Both the position numbers and the translations under genes were made by a program. The notes below the pieces were generated by a model. It saw only the letters and a program-made list of their open reading frames with translations, was not told where the DNA came from and searched no databases. A stretch of 63,295 bases of DNA, the filler included, from Rhabdomonas costata (taxonomy: Eukaryota), in NCBI GenBank assembly GCA_019059605.1. It is 42 parts of 42 records of this genome, joined end to end, with 100 filler letters (N's around TTAATTAATTAA, not from the genome) between each part and the next. Parts side by side here need not be neighbours in the genome. Positions count along the whole stretch, not along the records: positions 25,663 to 27,073 come from JAHMHO010016757.1; positions 27,174 to 28,583 come from JAHMHO010016758.1; positions 28,684 to 30,093 come from JAHMHO010016759.1; positions 30,194 to 31,603 come from JAHMHO010016760.1; positions 31,704 to 33,114 come from JAHMHO010016761.1; positions 33,215 to 34,625 come from JAHMHO010016762.1; positions 34,726 to 36,134 come from JAHMHO010016763.1; positions 36,235 to 37,644 come from JAHMHO010016764.1; 34 more parts are not named here. One strand, 5' to 3'. The number at the start of each line of letters is the position of its first letter. Positions within the stretch are counted from its first letter, which is position 1. Positions 26,452 to 38,802 of this stretch are shown here, one piece after another.

Positions 26452-26994
26452 GTCACGCCCTCCCACAAACCCACGCGCTTGTGTTACCTTTTCCCTTCTG
26501 TGCCTCGTGAACCTGTTTCTTTGTCCCTTCACCCCTGTTGCGAGAAAACAAATTTCCGAAGAAAAATGCTGTGTGACAGGTTCTTTCAACTCCGGCCATT
26601 CTGTGCCCCTTCGCAATTTCTTTTTTGCTTCCTATGTGTTAATTACAACGACACTCCGCAACTTCACCCAATCCCCTCTCCCGCGTGAACGGGGCCAAAC
26701 TGCATAAAATTCTTCGGTGCTGCAACCTGAAGTATCCTAAAATGTGTAGTCGACATGGACCATTCCAATGAACTGAGTGTCACCTTCCCGCTCATTTCAA
26801 GGTTGCAGGTTGTTGTGCATTATGCATATTGCCGTGCATTGCTGCCATTAGTGCAAACGTCCACGGATTATTTCATCGATTTAGGAACCGTGGCACTGTT
26901 TGTTCACGTCGGTGTTTGTGCGACGAAACATAGGCACACTTGGTGCACTTGGCAAGGATGAGTTTTTTCTGATCACACACAGGATGAGTTTTCT

Positions 26995-26998
<4 letters not shown>

Positions 26999-27028
<30 letters not shown>
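26999..27028. repeat. (CA)n microsatellite
   Basis: Direct reading. Confidence 0.95.
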
Positions 27029-27031
<3 letters not shown>

Positions 27032-27367
27032 AAGGAGCAACCCCATGCCCATAAACCAAGAGCAACAAACACCNNNNNNNNNNNNNNNNNNNNNNNNNNN
27101 NNNNNNNNNNNNNNNNNTTAATTAATTAANNNNNNNNNNNNNNNNNNNNNNNNNNNNNNNNNNNNNNNNNNNNGTTGGTTTGGGACATAACCATGAACTG
27201 GGACATAACGATGAGAGATCTTGCTCACGATTCTGTGCTTTGGATGTGGTTGTATGTGTCCGTTACCAGCATCAGAAATCACCTGATTTCGCCTCCTATC
27301 TTCACCTGGGTATGGGTCTGATCGGGTGATTACAGACCCGAAATGACTGCTGGTGGTCTTTTCTCAG

Positions 27368-28583
27368 GTACTTCATCACTCGGCTCAGCGTGCAGGTCTC
27401 TGAGCAGCTGGAGGCTCCCAAGGAGGGCGGCGGGAGCGGGGGGGCTGCGCCTGAACCGGACCAGGCACTGCAGCGAGCCCTTCTGCGAGGTCACCTGGTC
27501 CCCGTGGTGGCCTTTGCTGTGCTCGGGAAGACGCTACGAGCTGACTTTGGGGTGTACGGGCAGCCCCTGGCGAGGCTGGTGGCACGCCTAGGCGCGCATA
27601 CCCAGCTGAAGCTTCTGGTGGGGTCGGAGTTTTGGCAGCCCCTGCTGGGGATTCTCACATTCTCACTGCATTTGTTGAGGTACTCAGCGAAAAGCGTGCG
27701 GCCAAGCGTGCTCACTCTCACGTGCACACTGCACCCCACACTGCTGCTTTTGTGGCGATGGTGCGTTGTCGTACGCGGCACTGTGATTCTCTTTGAACAA
27801 TAGTCCCGTTGCGCAGAGTTCTGGTGAAGCATGTTGAGTGCTGATATAAAACTCAGAGGGAGTTGCCACCTTCGTTGCCTAAGTGCTGCAAAATGTTATG
27901 TCTGTTATGTTAATTCTCTCAGTGAGCAGATTTTTGCACGTCAAATGAACACTGCTGACGAATGCGGGGGTTTAGGTTCCCTTTCCTTTTCGGCAGGACA
28001 ACCCCGAAAGGAAGCTCCCGCCTGCTGGTGACAGCGGGGAATCCACACTGCAGCCCGAGGCTAAGACGTCGAAGAAGTCCCGAGTCACGGAGTATCCCTC
28101 AATGCTCAGTTCTACCGCCGCAGTTGTTTCTGCTGAGGAGTGGTGTCGGCGGGCGAAGCAGCTCATGGTGGAGGTCGCTGTGTCTGCATGTGGTCCCAGC
28201 CCGGCCCAAGACACCGAGCTGGCTGTGGCTCTTCCAATCGCCCCGCTCCCTGAAGAGGTGTGCTCAGCGCTGGCCTCTCCCATGTTGCGGTGGATCAGAA
28301 CCGCGCTCAAAACTCCTACGCTCGAGTCCAGCCCACCGCTGCTCTCCCTGGTTCAGACTCTATGGGAGCGGATGCAGTGGCCGGAAAGCTCTCAAGCGGA
28401 AGGCCGTGCGCTGGTCTCGTCGGAGCTAACCTTTGCCGTGAATCGCCTTCCCCTGGAACCTGGCTACAACCCGGACAGCTTCTGTTGCCTAACTCGCATT
28501 CTTTGTGCTGCCGTTCGTTCGGGGATGTTTCCTGGGTCACCTGAGGATGAGGCGCGTACCTTGCTGGCAGCCTCCCACAAACC
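27368..28583 (+). CDS. Two exons of a hypothetical, probably helical protein
   Basis: Exons about 27368-27617 and 27997 to contig end join in frame (...HTQLKLL|DNPERKL...); second exon open for about 195 codons. Confidence 0.6.
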
Positions 28584-30299
28584 NNNNNNNNNNNNNNNNN
28601 NNNNNNNNNNNNNNNNNNNNNNNNNNNTTAATTAATTAANNNNNNNNNNNNNNNNNNNNNNNNNNNNNNNNNNNNNNNNNNNNGTGTTGGGGTTGGGCTT
28701 TGATAAGAGAAAGAACTGTAGGCTGGCACACCGTCCGCCCATTGCGCGCCGGTGTGCCAGCAACGATTTGTTTATCCTGTAACCAGTTTTGAGCTTGTTT
28801 CCTTAGTCACTTTGCGTTTAGGTCCGAAATTTGGGAACTCACTGTGGAGCGGCACGAGTTTCCCAACCACGTTACTGGTGGCAGTCACACCAGCAGTAGC
28901 AGCCTTGTCTGGCGGGAGCCCAAGCGCCTCTCCACATACGCAATTGACGAGAACCACTGCCCCGACCTGAATGTCGCTGAATGGTCTCATCAATTCTGCG
29001 TTTGCCGCAACGTTACGCGCCGAGGACGACACCGCTGATATGAATGTGCTGCGCCGCTGCGACGTTTCTTGGCTCACTTGATGCACTGTGAAGGTGCTTA
29101 GAGTGTCAACCCTTCCGGTCGAGGCCTTTCATCCAATTTTTGTTTGGCACCGCGCGTTTCGCGCCGCACGACCCTAATATTGCAGTATGAACCTGAGTAA
29201 GGAATAACAACACGAGATGACACGATTGGAAGCCTGGTGTCACGGTCGCCGTCCAGGTTGTCATTATTTCGGGGTTTCCCTAGCGTTGATTTCAGGCGCA
29301 AATTGCATGATTAAAAAAGGGATGGTTACAGCTGCAGGTAAAAAAACTTGGGTGGAAGCTGCACTCCTTTTGGTTGGGTTTCCTGATTGGCTGATTCCGC
29401 CGACAGTCCATGCTGTTTGGACTTTGCGCCAAAAGCGCCTTTTCATTTTCAAATGCGCGAACTAGTAAACGATAATCCTCCTTGAATCCTTCCATTCCTT
29501 ATCCCGTCTGCGCGCCTTTAAATTCATAAAGACGGGCATTGCGCAATAGCAACGTTAGTGAAAAGCGCAAACGATAGCGCGGCAAGGCTCGGCTTGAGGG
29601 CGGCCCCCGGTGTGTTGGCGCACAAAATACGAAAGTGTAATTGGAAAAAACAAATTCAGAAATGTCACGAACCGCGGGGTAACATCTACGCCCCGCCCGG
29701 AAATCCGGAAACGAAGGCCGACGGATTCGGACCGCTGCTCGTCAAAAAGGGATCGGAATAAACCCCCCACCGCGACGCCAATTGGACGAAAGCCGATCTT
29801 CAAACCCGGCCCCCGCGGAAGAGCACAATGCCAGCGGGAATGGGGGCCGCAAAAAGCCACTCGGGCGGGGGCCCTAGATATGAAATGCCCGCCGGGCTAA
29901 GGATTCCGGCCCACCGGGGTATGGTGGGACCGCCGCGCGTATTTCAATGCCTACGCTGCTCATTTTTGATCCCGGGCTGTGCTGATTGTAACGGTCCAGA
30001 TCACCCAGATGTTCCACATCCAGAGACAGAGTGGAAAAAGTCACATGCGCGTGACACAGACATTTTCCAGAGAGTGCCCTTTTGTCAAGGGTCNNNNNNN
30101 NNNNNNNNNNNNNNNNNNNNNNNNNNNNNNNNNNNNNTTAATTAATTAANNNNNNNNNNNNNNNNNNNNNNNNNNNNNNNNNNNNNNNNNNNNGGGTTGT
30201 GTTGTATTCTGATGCATGATATACTACAGTTGAAGTAACCCGCCAGTAGCCTTGAACGTTGGTCGAGGTTTCTGTGGAAACTGGGTCAAGGATTGTACT

Positions 30300-31100
30300 T
30301 GGTGTTTTCTCCACCACGGTGTCTGGTGTACCCTGGTATCCCGAGGATTCCGTTGCCGGAACTTAGTCGTTCTGCTGTGCGCGGTGGTGTGACCGGAGTT
30401 CGGGGGCATCTGAAGCACCGTCACAAGCTACACCAGGTGTCAACGGTAAGAGTCGTCCAATTGGTCACTAGGTGCTTCAATCTTTTCCGCCGTAGCTGGA
30501 GCTCCTTTACCAGGTTGTCACTGATGAAACAGTCCGAGGCGCCCGAATTCAGAAGGGCAGTGAAGGTATGCTTTCCAAGGTAAGTGGTAGGAAAAGCAAT
30601 GGTTTGGCGCTGGTGGATCGTGTGGGTCACTTCCAACATCTGCCAGATCTACTCGTTCTGGAAGCACCGTGAAAAGAATGGTACAGAAGGGTGGTTTTGC
30701 GGTGTGTTCAGGTGTTGGGAGGAATATTGGGGAATAGTCAGGAAGAAACAATTGTTCGGGTCGTTGGTCAAATTGCCATTTTCCCACCATCTACCCTCAG
30801 TGTGTCATTCCACATTCTCCCTCCTGGATACAGGAAACGAAGACAAAACGCCCATCCGAGGCATATCACACCTCGGTGTCTTGGGCAGGCTACCAGTAAA
30901 TGAGCTGCTGGCTCCATTTGCTTGTCAGCAGATGACTCAAAAGCCCGCAAAGTACCGCCCACTTTCGCTGGTCGCAAATCACGAAACAGCGAGATTGGGT
31001 TGCCCAACGGGCGCTCTGCCTGTAATTGAAGCGGCAGAGACTCCGGCTGGCATTCCGGAGGTGGTCCAACAGCTACACAACGCACGTTAGTCGGGGGGCT
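30300..31100 (-). mobile_element. Decayed Ty3/gypsy-type gag-protease region
   Basis: TFTALLNSGASDCFISDNLVKELQL (catalytic D changed to N) followed by GILGIP; stops and frameshifts present. Confidence 0.7.
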
Positions 31101-31737
31101 GATGTGGGAACCAGCGTCGCTTCTCGAAAACTCCGGTATTTGGAAGGAGAGTAATGTCTGAGTTGAAACTTCCGACTTCCCTGTCACTGGCGTACCGCAC
31201 GTTGATGACTTTGCTGGTCGGTTCCCATCACATTTTACCTCCGTTTCGGTGTGTACTCCGTCCGACTCACACCTGGTGATTCATATAACGACTCCACCCC
31301 ACTAACTGAACTACTGTACAATGCGCAACACACGCAAGGAAGTATGCAGCTTGTTGAAGGCGACTCATCGTTAGGCGATGACAGTAGGTGTGCTCCTGAC
31401 GACTCGTTCAACACTGAAACATCTCCGGTACTGGTACTGGTACGGTACTTTGTGTGTGACTCTCCTCTGTTCATACAACTACACGCTCCGACCTCATAGG
31501 TGGCGTGGGGCTCGCACACTCCTCTGGAGACAGGCGCCCATATCATCTCCCGCCCCCCTTTAACCTATCAAAACTCGGCCTCCTAGCATCCGCACATTGC
31601 CCANNNNNNNNNNNNNNNNNNNNNNNNNNNNNNNNNNNNNNNNNNNNTTAATTAATTAANNNNNNNNNNNNNNNNNNNNNNNNNNNNNNNNNNNNNNNNN
31701 NNNCCTACGGCGAGGGCGCTGCGAACACATGTGGGCT

Positions 31738-31768
<31 letters not shown>

Positions 31769-31804
31769 GTGCGCACGCACGAAAACACACACACACACAC
31801 ACAC
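31738..31804. repeat. Perfect hairpin: (GT)n-TTTCGTGCG-ca-CGCACGAAA-(AC)n
   Basis: Arms are exact reverse complements around a 2-nt centre. Confidence 0.9.
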
Positions 31805-33305
31805 GTAGATGCACGCATACATTCATAGCACCACAGGTGCCGACCAAAGTGGCAGGCTGGAGGCATGCAACCCTACCACGCACAGCAGCAATCCCACAAA
31901 TTGCTTGTTTTCTTTTCTCCCACACCCACACACGCGACACAGTGCAAGCGCCCAGGCATTGCAGTTTGTGGGAGTTCCCTGTAGTGAGAGGCCTTGCGGC
32001 CCTCTCTTGTGCCATAGGATGGCCACCGGAGAGAAAGCTGAGAAGGAGGAGGTTGTGCGCGAGCGGTTAGGGTTGGATGAAAAGGGAAAAAAAAGAAAAC
32101 CGAGCGCCGGGCAAGCCTCAAAAAAAGCCGGCGGCCAACGTCTCAACCCTAACCGCAATATGTGTCAGAGAAAATATGGCAAGCACACACAAAAAAACTC
32201 TCGCTGACTAGCTCACACATCATCCACCAAGGATGCACTAAAAATGTTTCTGGGGGGCGGCAACAACCAGACAAAAGATACAGCAGCAGGTTGAACATCA
32301 ACGCACCACACACGACCGCACACGCTCATATGCAATCGCCTCTCACCACTGACATCTTTGATCAACTGAACTGCCCACCTCGCTGGCCCTCCGCTTCACA
32401 GCTTCGCTGGAGGCTCTCTGGTGGCAGCTCTTTCCTGGAAAGCTGAGTGCTCACGCCGACCTCCAAGGGCACTCATGGGCGGGGAGGGGACCGCAGTACA
32501 GCTGGCGAGCGGGGGCAGCGCCAAAGGCCTCCTGGGGAGCCCACCCGCCACCATTCACCACTCCACAGCACCCTTTTCCACCCTACACCCCACTTGGGAA
32601 GAAATTCTGAAATGAGGAGTGTGTATTTTTGCAATCGGCTGTCCGGTGCAACTTGCGAAGAGTCTCATCTTGTGACTCTGTGTCAGGCCAATTGTAATGC
32701 ATCATTGTTCCTCCTTTGGGATGATCTGGACCCATCGTCCATCTGTGGCGAAGCGGCGAAAGGTAGAATCTTCCCTGCGTTTGAAGCCCAAGCTCTACTG
32801 TCAGTGCGGTCAGTCCTGGCTTTTAGCTGTGAGTTTCGGTGAAGCAGCAGCCCGTGGCTCAACGTGTTGGAACTGGCCAGTAGAGGGTACCCTGCCAAAA
32901 CTGTCCGAAACAGCCAATGGCCACCATCGCGTTCTCCACAAACAACCCTCTTTCGCAAGATGGCAACTAGAGCGTTTCAAACGCTCGTTTCAGACCGGCT
33001 TCCATCTCGAGCACTCCCAGCCGACTGAAGCTTCACAAAAAAGCTCTAGCAGACACACTGACACCCCCAAAAAAGGGCAACCGCCCGATACGCGCACAAT
33101 GTCAACCCCAAACCNNNNNNNNNNNNNNNNNNNNNNNNNNNNNNNNNNNNNNNNNNNNTTAATTAATTAANNNNNNNNNNNNNNNNNNNNNNNNNNNNNN
33201 NNNNNNNNNNNNNNGGTGTTTTTGCCTGCACTCCTATTGTCTGTGTGCTTCTCTTCTCTCCCCCACGCTCCTTCCCACCTGGGTGGTCTGGTCGCCGTGG
33301 TCGCT

Positions 33306-33307
<2 letters not shown>

Positions 33308-33342
<35 letters not shown>
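33308..33342. repeat. (CA)n microsatellite
   Basis: Direct reading. Confidence 0.95.
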
Positions 33343-33343
<1 letters not shown>

Positions 33344-33886
33344 GGGACACCGCCCGATGTTAGGTGCTCCGCTGGAAAGGCTTTGTTCAGCAATGTTGCG
33401 ATGATGTTTGTGGCCACTGTTTCTGTGCTCTGTTAAGCATCTGTTACGTTTTCCCAACGTGTCACTACGTGTACGCTTCCTTCTGGAAGATGGTTCCCCG
33501 TGAGTGCGAGAGTTCTTGAGAGTTCGGTTTTGGGTGTAGGTGTAGGCCTTCCTTCCTCCTGCCCCTTGCTGGCCCTACCCTGAGAGTCCAGTGCGGGGCT
33601 TCTTTTCCTTCTTTGCCGTGCTGGCCTTACCTACCTTATTAAAATACAGTGTGCATTGTAGAGGGAAGGGGTCGGTGACGGGTCGGGGGATCTGTCTGAG
33701 ATCCGCTGGTCGAAACCGCTACCGCGACTGAAACCAGTTTTCTGAAGCAATCGATATTGTTGAAATACTTCGAGTTTTGGTAAAAATGAGTTTTTGGCAA
33801 AGCAGGAGGCAATCTCCCCTTTCCGTGCTCATCAGGTTTATGCCTCACATGTTCCTCCCCCCCCTCCCACTTTGGCAGAGACGCAC

Positions 33887-34071
33887 TTGAAGCGCTTCAG
33901 CGCGCCCTCGTCGGGAAAGGCCACTGCGACATTCTCGCCAGATTCGGAGAGGGTCCTCAGCTTCTGTTTGAGCAAGGGCATCGCGGACAGCAGACAGGGC
34001 AGCACTTTGTCGTTAAAGTAGAACCGGATTTGCAAGGCATGGATGTCGAAGATCACAATCTTTGAGGGCCC
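33887..34071 (-). CDS. Exon of class II (plant PRS3/4-like) ribose-phosphate pyrophosphokinase
   Basis: GPSKIVIFDIHALQIRFYFNDKVLPCLLSAMPLLKQKL...VAFPDEGALKRF; DIHALQxRFYF and AFPDxGAxKRF are class II PRS signatures. Confidence 0.9.
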
Positions 34072-34979
34072 CTGGACAGGTGGAAGGTGGAAGGTGGAAG
34101 GTGACGCAAAGCTTTTCCACGCACACACCAATGCTATATAGTTTTTTCGGGAGGTTGGTTGATCACGACCGCTGAAATTATTATATCCGCAGAGTGAAGA
34201 TAGTTACGTAATCCGGTCAGGACCTCCCCACCCCCCCGAAAAAGCAAATCGTTTTGTTGCCTTTTTGGGATTTTCTCGTCGACATTTGGTTTGGGTGACT
34301 GGGACAGTGCATAAGTTTGGTTTATTAGAACTGCTTCTTCTGCTCAGCATCATCGGACAAGTGGGTGGTGTAATTTAGAGAGTGAGAACGGCATATTACA
34401 GGTGTTGCGACTGCGACCCCACTCTGTACGCCATCAACACACGATTTATTGACATGGTTTTCTGAGGAACATCATTGAGCGTTTCCATACAAGACTTCAA
34501 AAGCACTTTAAGCAACAATTTCTGAATGAACAAGATCTGAAGGAAATGGCTGCTCTTGAATGTTAAATGGGGGGGGGGGGACCAAGGAAGAAGGAAGGCC
34601 CCCCACCCCTGCAAATATCCGCACCNNNNNNNNNNNNNNNNNNNNNNNNNNNNNNNNNNNNNNNNNNNNTTAATTAATTAANNNNNNNNNNNNNNNNNNN
34701 NNNNNNNNNNNNNNNNNNNNNNNNNGTGTTGGGTGTGTGTGGCTGTTTGGGTTGATTTGGACCTCCAAAACGAGTGCAAACCAGGACCCTTACGAGGGAA
34801 CGAGGGAACGACCCGTGGGGCCGACAGGCAGGGGGGGATCCACATGCGTACTGGGTTACCTGCCGGTATTATATACAGCATTATTTAGGATCGCTACGCA
34901 AGCAACAAACCACGGAGCAGTGATGAGAAGCAGGCGCACGACCAAAAGGAAACGGTGGGCAAGGGAATAAGAGAGTAAC

Positions 34980-35639
34980 CTACACAGCTGCTGCTGATAC
35001 TCCAATTCCCACTCGAGGTGCAGGCAAGGTAGCCCCAACCGGAGTAACCGTGGGGGCAGCCAAACCAGCAGTTTTGGCCGAAGGTCGTGCCCGAGCACGA
35101 CATCGAGGTGGGGTTGGGGGGAAGCACGCCTGTGGCAGGGCCACAGTCCACCGCTGAGAGAAAAGAGACACAATCCGGGGAAGAAGCGGTGTGCGATGCT
35201 AAGACTAGCGAAGAAAAAAAGGAGAGCAAGAGAGAGAGGCAAATCTGTCACCTGTGCAGCTGCCATTGGGGGCCCACGTTCCGGCCGAGGTGCAGGTGAG
35301 TGTGCCCTCACCGGTATATCCTTCCCGGCAGCCGAACGTGCACTGCCGCCCGAGGGTCGTGCCCAGCCCACAGGAGGGGCTGCTGGCACCATCAGGGCTG
35401 CCCGGGGCCCCACAGTCCACTGAACCAAAGGAGACCAGAAGACAAAAACGAAACTCGGAAAGAGCTGACGACAACACCAAAGCGGCCAAAAGCTCACACA
35501 TCCATGCAAACACACAAACCCATGCAGCACTCCCGCGAGGTGCACGGCAGGGTACCGCAGAGGTCGGCCGTGGCGTTTGGGGCATACCCTGCGCCGCACT
35601 GGTGGCCCAAGCCAAACCACCCGCTGCAGTTTGCGCTTC
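34980..35639 (-). CDS. Cys-rich extracellular protein with sushi/CCP-like repeats, three exons
   Basis: Exons 35639-35520, 35419-35252 (VDCGAP...CTFGCREGYTGEGTLTCTSAGTWAPNGSCT) and 35153-34980 (VDCGPA...CWFGCPHGYSGWGYLACTSSGNWSISSSCV). Confidence 0.85.
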
Positions 35640-37382
35640 CTGCGGAAGGGGGAGAGGGGGGAGGCAGTGAAGAAAATCAGAGAAGTGCTTCTATCCCCGT
35701 GAAGTGCCGGAAGAAGCATCAAGAGCCAAAAATTCAAAAGCAACGTATACATGTTTTCCTTCTATCCTCCTATGAATACTCCACTACTGCTTCACCTTCT
35801 TCCACCATCAACGGATAAGGTGTAACTATTGGGACGCTGTGACCAAGCTACTCCAAACCTCACCCCTTCGCTGCCAATACGTCCATCTCATCGTCATCTG
35901 CTTTTGCATCCCCCAACTATTCTCGCATCAGCCCTTTTAAACGCCTGCCATTTGAGCCCTTCACCCAACAGTGGGCGAACCCCTCTTGTACGGGAAAAAG
36001 ACTGCCCAAATGTTGACCTCACGACGGAGTGAACCTTCTGCGATGCATTACGGCGCAAAGATTCGTGCACCAAAAGGGCAGCAACAGGTTCTCCTGATAT
36101 TACGTGCAACAGCGGCAATGGATCACAAAAAAACNNNNNNNNNNNNNNNNNNNNNNNNNNNNNNNNNNNNNNNNNNNNTTAATTAATTAANNNNNNNNNN
36201 NNNNNNNNNNNNNNNNNNNNNNNNNNNNNNNNNNGGTTTGTGTGAAAAATGGGGCGAAATTTTCGAGCAAGCAAACAAAAAGAAAAAGTACTGCAGGGCA
36301 GCGGAATGCTGAAGAGATACAAAGCTGGTTCACAATTGTCAATGAAAAGTCCAGCAGCCCTCGATTCCACTTTGCAAGCTTGCATGGGGGAAAGGACGCA
36401 ACGTTTTTTGTCCGAACCGGTTGAGGGATGCAGGGCCCATAGCGGATGGATTAAAACACGAACCACAAACGAAGGGACAATTGCATTGGGGGGAGGGGAG
36501 GTGCGTTAAACGTTTTGGACATTGTGGATCGATTAAGCATGCATTAAGCATGCATTTAGGGGCGGAGGCCAGCCGCCGAGGCGGACGCCAGCCCGCTGCG
36601 CGGCCGGTTGACCCTGGTTAACGGTGCTAAACGTTAAACGTTAAACGCTGAACGCCAAACGTTAAACGTCAAACCAAAAAAAATTAACAGCCTACAAACG
36701 GAAGGCACTATGAGTCATTATCCTCGATCTAAAGAAAGCGGTCACTGACACCCTTGCCACTGCCCATGGTCGAGGTGGTGAGGTTCGCACTGTGTGCTGA
36801 TGACTTTCTCCTCCAATGGACCTTTCCATGGAGCCGGCAATGAAGCGTATCCCTTGAACAGGCTCACACTCGGTTGGAACCGTTTGTCACCACGTCAGAA
36901 ACGGACATTCGGTACTTGAGTATTTTACGACCGAAATTGCTGAGGGACAGAAACCTCACGCATTGGGAGAGGGGCTGTCGCATACGACGTCCGCGAAGAG
37001 CAAAGCCTCCAGCAGAATTGGGAGTGAGTGTGCGCAGGGTTGGGTGGGAGATTTGCGTGTGTTGAAAAGCCAGCAGCGCTCACTTGCAATCAATCCACCA
37101 AAGGCTACAAATACGTTTCAAAGTCTGAAAATATGAAAATAGGGTATCAGCAAACAAAATGAATGCAAGGAGTGCAAGGTAAGCAAGCCCCTTCATAGTA
37201 AGCCCATCTTTACACCAGCTCGTGCTGGCTTCTGGACAGCAGGCGGCCAGGAACATTCGCAGACACAACAAATCATGGAAACGAGAAAGGTGAGAAAATG
37301 CTTCTCGCCGTGGAACAGCGGCACTCAAAACATTGCAAGAGGGAAGCAAGCCAATGAAGAACCCAGTGCTCCACTGCCCCAC

Positions 37383-37643
37383 TCACAACAGCCAGGGATC
37401 TGCCTGGAACGCGCCATAGCCGTGAAACCGAAACGTTCCATGAACGTGAAGCTGGAGGTCCAGCACGCGCAGTCGGGGCGCCGCTGCTGGGCGGCGCCCC
37501 ACCTCCTTCAGCAGGTCAAAGCCCTCAAAGCCCACCCGATTGCAGTCCAGGTGGATCAGCAAGGTGCGGAGACTCGGAAGCTCCTGCACGGCGGCCACAA
37601 GCTCCGGAACTGTGCTGGGGGTGACCTCGTTGCCCCAGAGGTT
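37383..37643 (-). CDS. RNI-like leucine-rich-repeat protein, 3' part
   Basis: NLWGNEV...LPSLRTLLIHLDCNRVG...LRVLDLQL...* with GC3-rich codons. Confidence 0.65.
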   Translation of the reverse strand, partial: NLWGNEVTPSTVPELVAAVQELPSLRTLLIHLDCNRVGFEGFDLLKEVGRRPAAAPRLRVLDLQLHVHGTFRFHGYGAFQADPWLL

Positions 37644-38564
37644 CNNNNNNNNNNNNNNNNNNNNNNNNNNNNNNNNNNNNNNNNNNNNTTAATTAATTAA
37701 NNNNNNNNNNNNNNNNNNNNNNNNNNNNNNNNNNNNNNNNNNNNTTGTTTTCACCTCACTGTTCTCATAAGCAAAGATCCGAACATTAGCGTTAGTCTGG
37801 TGTGCAGAGCGCCAAGAAAGTCATTTACAAAAAGGAAACAGTGAGGTGAAAACAAGCAAAGAAGCATAAGACCAAACCAATGTTCACAGATCGTACGAAA
37901 GGAAAATCAGAAACTGTAGAAATGACTGCAAAGGAAAAAGATGGGGGGGGGGCTGCGAAAAGAGTTGGCTGTGGGTGAGCTATAGAAAGCCTTGCCGCTT
38001 TTTTCAAGCACTTCGCAACTATTTCCTGAAATCGTGAACGCTATAAAGACAAAAAAATTTCTCCAAGATCATTGTTCAAATTGGCTTTGTTAATGGCCCT
38101 TCAGCATTGATTTTGAGGGAGAAATGGGGCGTGCTCACAAGAATTTGGAAATCTCTGTCTGCCCAGCGGGAGAGAAGGAGGATCCGCATCTCCCGAGGAG
38201 CGGCCAGGGGCGGGAGAAATGCCGATGCTGTGGTGGAAGGTAGGGAAGACTCCCACGACAGCAATACCTGGTGCACAGAGTGTGAGAGCGAAAGAGCGTG
38301 TGCGTGCGCGCCCCTGAGGCGACTTACCCCCCCCCATATACACATGTCCTTGTGGGACCAGAGTTGCCTTGACAATTATACAAGCGAAACCCTGGGGTGA
38401 GGAGATGGCCAACCCTGCATGGTAAGAGGTAGCGTTGAGGCAGAGTGAGGCGCAGCGTAGGCCTTCATGGGGCATGGCAACTCTACTCAAAAGCGGAATG
38501 GCAGCGATGCCGTCCCTGCAGGAAAGGACTGGATTGTTCCGCATATGACCCAAACCTCCTTCAG

Positions 38565-38802
38565 GCTGTTTGACTTGGTGCGGATCCCCAATGAGGCCCA
38601 CCGGGTGGCCTTCTACTGGGCTCTCCGGGACACCCTCGTGGCGGGAACCCTGGAGCAGGCCACCGCGGTGGCCTTCGGGGCCGGAGGAGGCGAGCAGCAG
38701 CAGAGGAGGTGGCGCGTGGTCAGCCTGGACGGGAAGCTTATAGAGACCTCTGGGACGATGTCCGGGGGTGGGCGACCTTCCAAGGGCCTGATGTCAGGGA
38801 AG
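38565..38802 (+). CDS. SMC4: Condensin subunit SMC4, hinge-domain exon
   Basis: RLFDLV...AFYWALRDTLVAGTLEQATAVAFG...RWRVVSLDGKLIETSGTMSGGG, AG/GT bounded. Confidence 0.93.

Noticed and set aside
34856..35752. 298-aa minus-strand ORF
   Set aside because: Off-frame read-through across the sushi exons and introns.
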